Assembly: GCA_963696615.1 (NCBI GenBank)
Contig: CAVOKU010000003.1
Span: forward strand, 537,552-601,551
Length of the DNA stretch: 64,000 nucleotides
Direction of reading: 5' to 3'
DNA from: an uncultured Solirubrobacterales bacterium
GTDB lineage: Bacteria; Actinomycetota; Thermoleophilia; Solirubrobacterales; Solirubrobacteraceae
The notes below the pieces were generated by a model. That model was not told the DNA's origin. It was given only the letters and a program-made list of their open reading frames with translations, and searched no databases. Position numbers and translations under genes: made by a program. How positions within the stretch are numbered: position 1 is the first letter of the stretch; the number at the start of each line of letters is the position of its first letter. Shown here in pieces: positions 57,516 through 64,000 of the stretch.

Positions 57516-58264
57516 CGCCAGCCGAACACCCGCGCCGCGGTGCGTTCCACGGCCGCATCGAGCTCGCCGACGGCGACCCCCCGCAGCTGCGCGACGAACG
57601 CCGCCGTGTGCGTCACGAACGCCGGCTGGTTGCGGTGCTTGCGGACCGCTTGAGCAGTCAGGTAGGGAGCGTCGGTCTCGAGCAACAGCCGCTCGTCTGG
57701 CACCTCCCGCGCCGCCGCGGCGAGCTCGGGGGCGTTCTTGTAGGTGACGTTGCCGGCGAACGAGATGAAGTACCCGCGGTCGAGGCACTCGGACAGCTGC
57801 TCGGGCATCGAGAAGCAGTGCAGCACCACCGTCACCCCGGCGGCTTCGTCGGCGAGCTGCGCGAGCGTCTCGGCGGCGGCGTCGCGGCAGTGGATCACCA
57901 GCGGCTTTCCCGTCTCCCGGGCGAGCTTGATCTGGGCCGCGAACGCGCTCCGCTGGTCACCGCGGGAAGCGCCGTCGCGATAGAAGTCAAGGCCCGTCTC
58001 GCCGATCGCCAGGCAGCGCTCATGCGCGGCCACGCTGCGCAGGTCCGCCAGGTCGGCATCCCCGAAGCCACTCGCAGCATTCGGATGGCGGCCGATCGCG
58101 GCGTACACCTCTGGAAAGGACTCGGCGGCCGCCAGCGCCGCGCGGCAGGACTCCGCATCGATGCCCACCGTCAGCATCCGCGTGACCCCGGCGGCTGTGG
58201 CGGCGGCGACGAGCTCGGCGTCGGGCGGCTCGCACAGGTCGAGGTGGGTGTGGCTGTCGATCAC
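57512..58264 (-). CDS. tatD: TatD-family DNase
   Basis: IDSHTHL, IGETGLD, IHCRDA, LHCFS and LETDAPYL motifs. Confidence 0.95.
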   Translation of the reverse strand: MIDSHTHLDLCEPPDAELVAAATAAGVTRMLTVGIDAESCRAALAAAESFPEVYAAIGRHPNAASGFGDADLADLRSVAAHERCLAIGETGLDFYRDGASRGDQRSAFAAQIKLARETGKPLVIHCRDAAAETLAQLADEAAGVTVVLHCFSMPEQLSECLDRGYFISFAGNVTYKNAPELAAAAREVPDERLLLETDAPYLTAQAVRKHRNQPAFVTHTAAFVAQLRGVAVGELDAAVERTAARVFGWR

Positions 58265-59775
58265 GCCGGCTCGGGCTCGGCGCTCTTCGGGAACAGCGGT
58301 GCGATCGTCTGCACCGCGCCGACCGCGCCCGCGCCCAGTCGTGCGGCGTCGAGCGTCACCTCGGGCGCCCCCAGCGCCGCCAGCAGTGTCTCGCTGCTCG
58401 CGGGCACGAAGGGCCACAGCAGCACCGAGACCACCCGCAGTCCCTCCGCGAGCGTGCGCAACACGCGATCGAGATCCTCGGCTCGGGCGGGGTCCTTCGC
58501 CAGCTGCCACGGGGCCTGCTCCTCCACGTAGCGGTTCAACCGGCGCACCCGCTGCCAGATCTCATCGAGGGCGAGCGTGACCTCGATCCCGTCGACGAGC
58601 GACGCCACACGCTCTGCCAGCCCCTCGAAGTCGCGCTCGAGCAGGGGATCGGGGGCGCCGGCGGGAACCGTCCCGGCGCGGTAGCGCACCACCATCGCCA
58701 GCGTGCGGCTGGCGAGGTTGCCGAGCTCGTTTGCCAGCTCACTCTCGTAGCGCTGCTCGAAGGAGGCGGTCGAGACCGAGCCGTCCTGTCCGAAGGAGAC
58801 GTCGCGCAACAGGTAGAACCGCAGCGCGTCGGCGCCGAAACGCTCGATCACGGCGAACGGGTCGAGCACGTTGCCGAGCGACTTGGACATCTTCTCGCCT
58901 TCCATCAGCAGGTAGCCGTGCACGAACACGCGCCTGGGCAGCGGCAGCTCGGCGGCCATCAGCAGCGCAGGCCAGTAGACGGTGTGAAAGCGCAGGATGT
59001 CCTTCGCGATCACGTGTACGTCCGCGGGCCAGAACGTATCGGTCAGATCATCGCCCGGGCGTGCGTAGGAGAGCGCGGTGTAGTAGTTCAGCAGCGCGTC
59101 GAACCAGACGTAGAACACGTGCTCTTCATCCCACGGCACGCGCACGCCCCAACTCAGCTTGTGGCGGGTGAGGGGGACGTCGCGCAGCCCCGAGCGAATG
59201 AACGACAGCGCCTCGTTGCGCCGGGTGCGCGGCGTGACGAAGGACTCCTGCTCGGCATACAACGCTTCCAGGCGCTCCTGGAAGGCGGAGAGCTTGAAGA
59301 AGTAGTTCTCCTCCTGCTCGCGGGTCAGCTCGATGTGGTGAATCGGACAGCGATTGCCCTCGTCGACCTCGTTCTCGCTCTTGAAGTCCGCACAGCGGGG
59401 GCAGTACCACCCTTCGTAGGTGCCCTCATACACGAACCCGTTCTCGTGCACCCGCGCGAGCACCTCGCGTACGCGCTGCATGTGCTCGGGGTCGGTGGTG
59501 CGGATGAAGAAGTCGTTCGTCGCCTCGATCAGGGGCGCCAGCGCCTTGAATCGCTCGGCGTTGCGGTCCGCCAGCTGCTGGGGCTCCACCCCGAGCGCGT
59601 GGGCGGCGTCCGCGACGGGCTCGCCGTGCTCGTCGGTGCCGGTGAGGAAGAACACCTGCTCGCGCCGCTGGCGGTGGTGGCGGGCCAGCACATCGGCTGC
59701 GATCGTCGTGTAGGCGTGCCCGAGGTGGGGCGCCGCATTGACGTAGTAGATCGGCGTTGTGACGTAGAAGGACAC
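58261..59775 (-). CDS. metG: Methionine--tRNA ligase (short form)
   Basis: TTPIYY, HLGH, TGTDEHG, CPRC...CPIH, YVWFDAL and KMSKS motifs. Confidence 0.98.
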   Translation of the reverse strand: MSFYVTTPIYYVNAAPHLGHAYTTIAADVLARHHRQRREQVFFLTGTDEHGEPVADAAHALGVEPQQLADRNAERFKALAPLIEATNDFFIRTTDPEHMQRVREVLARVHENGFVYEGTYEGWYCPRCADFKSENEVDEGNRCPIHHIELTREQEENYFFKLSAFQERLEALYAEQESFVTPRTRRNEALSFIRSGLRDVPLTRHKLSWGVRVPWDEEHVFYVWFDALLNYYTALSYARPGDDLTDTFWPADVHVIAKDILRFHTVYWPALLMAAELPLPRRVFVHGYLLMEGEKMSKSLGNVLDPFAVIERFGADALRFYLLRDVSFGQDGSVSTASFEQRYESELANELGNLASRTLAMVVRYRAGTVPAGAPDPLLERDFEGLAERVASLVDGIEVTLALDEIWQRVRRLNRYVEEQAPWQLAKDPARAEDLDRVLRTLAEGLRVVSVLLWPFVPASSETLLAALGAPEVTLDAARLGAGAVGAVQTIAPLFPKSAEPEPA

Positions 59776-59787
59776 CTTTCGTGCAGG

Positions 59788-60642
59788 CTACTGCTCCCCA
59801 CCGGTCAGCTCGCGGTAGAGCTCGTTCGCGCCGAGGCCGGTCAGCTTGGCGACGACGGCGGCCGCGGGCCTCGGCCTGGCGCCGGCCGCCACCAGCTCGC
59901 GCAGAGCCTCGCCGGCGGCGGCGCGACTGCCCGTCCCGGGCGGGGCCGCGCCCACCACCAGCACGATCTCGCCCTTCGCGGACGTCTGCGCGTAGTGCGC
60001 CGCCAGCTCCTCGGCGCTCCCGCGGCGCACCTCCTCGTGCAGCTTGGTCAGCTCGCGGCACACCGCCACCGCTCGCAGCGGATCCAGACGGGCCAGAGTC
60101 CCCAGTGCGCCCGCGAGCCGGCGTGGAGACTCGAACGCCACGAGGGTCTCCTGGGCTCCGATCAGCATCCGTTCCAGCTCACCCCGCTTGCGGGGTAGGA
60201 AGCCGGCGAACCGCCAACGCTCGGCGGGCAGCCCCGATGCGACTAGCCCGGCGATCGCGGCGGTCGGTCCCGGCAGCACGAGCACCGGTGAGCCCTGATC
60301 CAGGCAGGCGTGCACGAGGGCGAACCCGGGATCGGAGATCAGGGGCGTGCCCGCGTCGCTGAGCAGGGCGACGGTGTCACCCGCGCGCACCCGCGCCGCC
60401 AGTGCTCTGGCCTGGCCGCGTTCGTTGTGCTCGTGCAGGCTGGTGAGCTGGGACGCGACGATGCCGTGGCGGTCGAGCAGTATCCGTGTGCGGCGGGTGT
60501 CCTCGCACGCCAGCACGTCGGCCGAGCGCAGGCCGTCCAGGACCCGCAACGTCACGTCTCGGAGATTCCCGATCGGGGTGGCGCAGACGAGCAGGCGTCC
60601 TTGCCGCGAGGGGGCATGCGGAGGGTTCTCGGCGTCGATCAC
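59788..60642 (-). CDS. rsmI: 16S rRNA C1402 2'-O-methyltransferase
   Basis: ATPIGNL, CEDTR, SDAGTPLISDPG, FESPRR and RELTKLHEE motifs; start uncertain. Confidence 0.95.
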   Translation of the reverse strand: MIDAENPPHAPSRQGRLLVCATPIGNLRDVTLRVLDGLRSADVLACEDTRRTRILLDRHGIVASQLTSLHEHNERGQARALAARVRAGDTVALLSDAGTPLISDPGFALVHACLDQGSPVLVLPGPTAAIAGLVASGLPAERWRFAGFLPRKRGELERMLIGAQETLVAFESPRRLAGALGTLARLDPLRAVAVCRELTKLHEEVRRGSAEELAAHYAQTSAKGEIVLVVGAAPPGTGSRAAAGEALRELVAAGARPRPAAAVVAKLTGLGANELYRELTGGEQ

Positions 60643-60663
60643 GCAAATATAGGTTTCCCGCCC

Positions 60664-61770
60664 ATGCCACCCGACCCCGGTCAACCACCCGAGTACACGC
60701 GCTACCGCGCGGGACGCAGGCTGCGCCCGCGCAGCGAGCGCGCCAGCTTCGACGCGGCCGTCGGCGCCGCCGGTGCGGGTACGGGCGGGAGAATCCCCGG
60801 CGAGACCGCAACCGCGGGTGGCTGGCGGGCGCGGATCACGCCCAAACGGGTCGTCCTCGGCGTGCTCGGGCTGATCGTCGCGTGGCTGGCGCTGTCGCTG
60901 CTGCTGTTCCTGGTCAGCTCCCACCTCCAGCGCACGTCCCCACCGTCTGACGTGGCGGCGGTGCTCGATCCGGCCGGCAACCCGCTCACGTCCGCGAACA
61001 ACATCCTCGTGCTCGGGTCCGACCGCCGGCAGAAGGACAGCAAGGAACCCGGGGCGAACACCTCCGGCCCGAGCCGCTCGGACACGATCATGCTGCTCCG
61101 CGCCGGGGGCGGTCACTCCGCCCGGCTCTCGATCCCGCGCGACACGCTGGTGCAGATCCCAGGGCACGGACTGCAGAAGATCAACGCCGCCTACGCCTTC
61201 GGCGGGCCCGCGCTGTCGATCTCGGTGATCAAGCACTGGCTGGGCATCCCGATCAACCACCTGGTGGAAGTGAACTTCGAAGACTTTCCCGCACTGATCG
61301 ATGCGATGGGCGGCGTCACCTATACCGGCGGCTGCGTGATCTCGCGCCTGGATGGCGGCTTCAGCAACGGCGGCTACACCCTGCGGCTGCCCAAGGGCAC
61401 CCATCACCTCGACGGCGAGCAGGCGCTGGCGCTCGCCCGTACGCGCGAGAACCTGTGTGCCCCGAGCGAGACCGACATCCAGCGCGAGCAACACCAGCAG
61501 GCGCTGTTCTCGGACATGAAGGGCGCCCTGCTCTCGCCCTCGAGCTTCCTGCGTCTGCCCTGGATCGCCTGGAACGCGCCGCCGGCGATCATCTCCGACA
61601 TGAGCGGGCCGACCCTGCTGGGGCTGTTCGGCGCGCTGGCGTTCTCCGGCACGCCGCCCACCCGGGTGCTCACACCGTCGGGCGTGCTGACCCTGCCCGA
61701 CGGCGAACAGGGGCTGACGGTCTCAGAAGCCGAGCGCCGCACGGCGGTCGCCCGCTTCATGGCGGGCTGA
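60664..61770 (+). CDS. LCP (LytR-CpsA-Psr) family protein
   Basis: TM helix; NILVLGSD, RSDTIML, SIPRDT, KINAAY and ALALARTR motifs. Confidence 0.93.
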   Translation: MPPDPGQPPEYTRYRAGRRLRPRSERASFDAAVGAAGAGTGGRIPGETATAGGWRARITPKRVVLGVLGLIVAWLALSLLLFLVSSHLQRTSPPSDVAAVLDPAGNPLTSANNILVLGSDRRQKDSKEPGANTSGPSRSDTIMLLRAGGGHSARLSIPRDTLVQIPGHGLQKINAAYAFGGPALSISVIKHWLGIPINHLVEVNFEDFPALIDAMGGVTYTGGCVISRLDGGFSNGGYTLRLPKGTHHLDGEQALALARTRENLCAPSETDIQREQHQQALFSDMKGALLSPSSFLRLPWIAWNAPPAIISDMSGPTLLGLFGALAFSGTPPTRVLTPSGVLTLPDGEQGLTVSEAERRTAVARFMAG

Positions 61771-61792
61771 CCTCAGGGGGCTCTCGCGGATC

Positions 61793-62164
61793 TCAGCTGC
61801 CCGTGGCGACGGGCTTTGAGCCCTTGGACTTCGCCTGGTCCTTGGCGGGCGCCTGCTTGTCCTTGACCTTGCCGTCCCCGCCTGCGTCCTTGGCCGAGGA
61901 TTCCTTCGCGTTCGAGGAGTCCTGCGCGGCGGCCGACTCCGAGGAGCCCTCCGCGGCGCCGGCGCCGGCGGTCTCGCGCTGGCGCTTGCGGGTGCCGTAG
62001 TCGGTGTTGTAGAAGCCCTTGCCCTTGAAGTGCACCGCAGGCGGGTGCAGCACCCGCTGCACCGGCACGCCGCTCTCGGGGTCGCGCTCGAGCGGATCGT
62101 CGCTGAAGGACTGCACCATCTCGAACGTGGTGCCGTCTGGTCGCCTGTACTCGTAGATCGGCAT
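61793..62164 (-). CDS. FmdB-family protein lacking the zinc-ribbon cysteines
   Basis: MPIYEY...FE...QSFSDDPL...P..G...FKGKGFYNTDY; TATAAT 10 nt upstream. Confidence 0.85.
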   Translation of the reverse strand: MPIYEYRRPDGTTFEMVQSFSDDPLERDPESGVPVQRVLHPPAVHFKGKGFYNTDYGTRKRQRETAGAGAAEGSSESAAAQDSSNAKESSAKDAGGDGKVKDKQAPAKDQAKSKGSKPVATGS

Positions 62165-62249
62165 TGGCACTCCGATTATAAGAGTGCCAGCATTCGCGCC
62201 CGCCGCAGCACCGGTGCTGCGGGAGCCGGGCCCTTCCCGCGGTCTGCGT

Positions 62250-62867
62250 TCAGTCGGCGAGCAGCGCGCGAGCACAGGCGATTCCGGCCTGCACCGTCGC
62301 GCCGAAGTCGCGGTCGGGCTCGGTCAGCATCCGCAGCGCGAAGCCATCGCCGAGGGAGAAGAGGATCTCGGCGACCGCGTCGGGCCGGGCGTGCAGGCGC
62401 ACGACCCCTTCCTGCTCGGCGATCGTGAGCATCTGGGCGACGTGTTCGCGCATTCCCCTCATCAGCTCCGCGTACTCGGCGGCGATGTCCTCGTTGCGGC
62501 GTGAGAGGGTGAACAGCTCGAACAGGAGCGTCACGAAGTCGGGATCCTCGCGCACTGTCTCCTGCAGGTTCTGCGCCATCAGGTCGATGAAGTCCTCCGC
62601 TGTCCGCGCCCCGGACAGCCGCTGCTCGAGCAGCTCCATGCGCAGCTCGCAGTCGCGCCGCACCGCCTCGACGAGCAACTGCTCCTTCGTACCGAAGTAG
62701 TAGTGGAGCAGGCCCCGCGACACGCCGGCTTCGCGTGCCACGTGATCGAACGTCGAGGCGGCGGTCCCGCGCTGGGCGACGCTGCGGCGCATCGCCTCGA
62801 CGATGCGCCGTGCCTTCTCGCCGTCAGCCGTCCTTGACGCCCTCGCGCCCTGCGCCGCCGCCGCCAT
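62250..62867 (-). CDS. TetR/AcrR-family regulator
   Basis: VAREAGVSRGLLHYYFGTKEQL. Confidence 0.92.
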   Translation of the reverse strand: MAAAAQGARASRTADGEKARRIVEAMRRSVAQRGTAASTFDHVAREAGVSRGLLHYYFGTKEQLLVEAVRRDCELRMELLEQRLSGARTAEDFIDLMAQNLQETVREDPDFVTLLFELFTLSRRNEDIAAEYAELMRGMREHVAQMLTIAEQEGVVRLHARPDAVAEILFSLGDGFALRMLTEPDRDFGATVQAGIACARALLAD

Positions 62868-62899
62868 GCCTCGCGCCTGGGTTCCCGCTCGCGCCGGGC

Positions 62900-63388
62900 T
62901 CAGGAGGCCGACGGGACCGCCGGCGCGGGCTCGGCCGGCGTGGTGGTCGAGCTGTACTCGAACTCGTCCTCGGCGCCGAACATCAGGTCGAGCACCTTGC
63001 TGCGCAGATCCTCGCTCAGTACGAGCGCCAGCACGGCCCCGACGAACAGCAGGGCCAGCATCCTGCCCGGTCCGCGCCGCCGCCGGCGGCGTGGCTTCGC
63101 CGAGGGCTCACGCAGCGTGGTCGCCGCGTCGCGCAGCGCCTCGCTTGCTTCGCGCAGGTCGTTCTGCAGCTTGGAGTCCTCGAACAGGGCCTTGCTCGCG
63201 GGCTTGCCGTTGTTCATGCGCCCGTAGGCACTGCGGGCCGCGCTGTAGGCCGAGAGCAGGTTGGTGCGCAGTTCTTCGTCCTCGATCAGCCGCTGCACGT
63301 ACTTGTTGCGCAGGGCGGCCGAGCGCAGGTCTGCCAGCGCAGCCTCACCGCCCTTGCCGAGTCCCTTGCCACGATCTTTCGCCGACAT
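62900..63388 (-). CDS. Hypothetical protein with C-terminal TM helix
   Basis: NKYVQRLIEDEELRTNL helix; RRRRRR followed by MLALLFVGAVLALVL; ATG 63388. Confidence 0.75.
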   Translation of the reverse strand: MSAKDRGKGLGKGGEAALADLRSAALRNKYVQRLIEDEELRTNLLSAYSAARSAYGRMNNGKPASKALFEDSKLQNDLREASEALRDAATTLREPSAKPRRRRRRGPGRMLALLFVGAVLALVLSEDLRSKVLDLMFGAEDEFEYSSTTTPAEPAPAVPSAS

Positions 63389-63467
63389 CTGAGCCACCGC
63401 CTCTGAGAGAGCTTTCAGGTCCGCGATCCAATATACGCCCCTCCGACGGGCAAGGGAGAATGGGCCC

Positions 63468-64000
63468 GTGCCCTCGTTCCAGGCGACCGCCACGGCGCTG
63501 GGCCTGCTGCTGATCGCGGGCGCGCTCGCCTCCGGCCTGGCACGGCGCTCGTTCCTGTCCCTCACCGCGATGTTCGTGCTGGCCGGGTTCGTGCTGGGGG
63601 CGGGCGGCTTGGGCTGGGTCGACTTCCGCGCGCAATCGGGCTTCGTCGAGGATCTGGCGTTCACCGCGTTGATCGTGATCCTGTTCCGGGACGGCCTCGA
63701 GGTCGAGGGCGAGATGCTTCAGCGGGCGTGGCACCTGCCCGTGCGCAAGCTCGTGCTGGCAATGCCGATCACCGTGGGGATCGTCGCGGCGGCGGCTCAT
63801 GTCCTGATCGGCTTCTCCTGGACCGAGTCCTTCCTGATCGGCTCCCTACTGGCTCCCACCGACCCGGTGCTGACCTCGAGCATCGTCACCAACCCACGGG
63901 TTCCACGTCTGATCAGACATTCGCTGAACCTCGAGTCGGGGCTCAACGACGGCCTGGCGCTGCCGGCGGTGCTTGCCTTCCTGGCAGCCCTCAGCGTGGA
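63468..64000 (+). CDS. Cation:proton antiporter (NhaP/CPA1), 5' part
   Basis: GTG start; LAPTDPVL...ESGLNDG CPA1 motif; runs off the window end. Confidence 0.9.
   Translation, partial: MPSFQATATALGLLLIAGALASGLARRSFLSLTAMFVLAGFVLGAGGLGWVDFRAQSGFVEDLAFTALIVILFRDGLEVEGEMLQRAWHLPVRKLVLAMPITVGIVAAAAHVLIGFSWTESFLIGSLLAPTDPVLTSSIVTNPRVPRLIRHSLNLESGLNDGLALPAVLAFLAALSV

Overview
A very GC-rich bacterial window. Gene content and codon style suggest an actinobacterium, probably Thermoleophilia/Solirubrobacterales (inference). It has two halves. Left, about 1-31.5 kb: accessory DNA downstream of a minus-strand initiator tRNA-fMet (31547-31620). The tRNA 3' end recurs as an exact 42-bp copy at 16983-17024 and as a 13-bp remnant beside a terminator-like hairpin at 11094-11106. 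With two broken tyrosine integrases, this points to a tandem array of old integrated elements. Their cargo is redox/electrophile-handling enzymes, an MNT-HEPN toxin-antitoxin-like pair, a cluster of small stress-type proteins and several regulators with visible operators. Right, about 31.6-64 kb: core chromosome (ppx, a TPP enzyme, tRNA-Leu(TAA), an ECF sigma factor fused to a ZAS motif, csrA, divIC-like, eno, prsA, mfd, pth, rplY, prs, glmU, tRNA-Gln, ispE, rsmA, tatD, metG, rsmI, LCP). The strongest novelty candidate is a free-standing, multi-helix structured RNA at about 33555-33750 with its own promoter, terminator, two C-rich loops and a possible kissing loop. Other candidates are degenerate-active-site proteins (a Cys-less redoxin, a Ser/His-less rhomboid, Zn-ligand-free DksA and FmdB homologs) and two apparent non-canonical start codons. 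No CRISPR array was seen. All family assignments come from motif recognition by eye; no searches were run.
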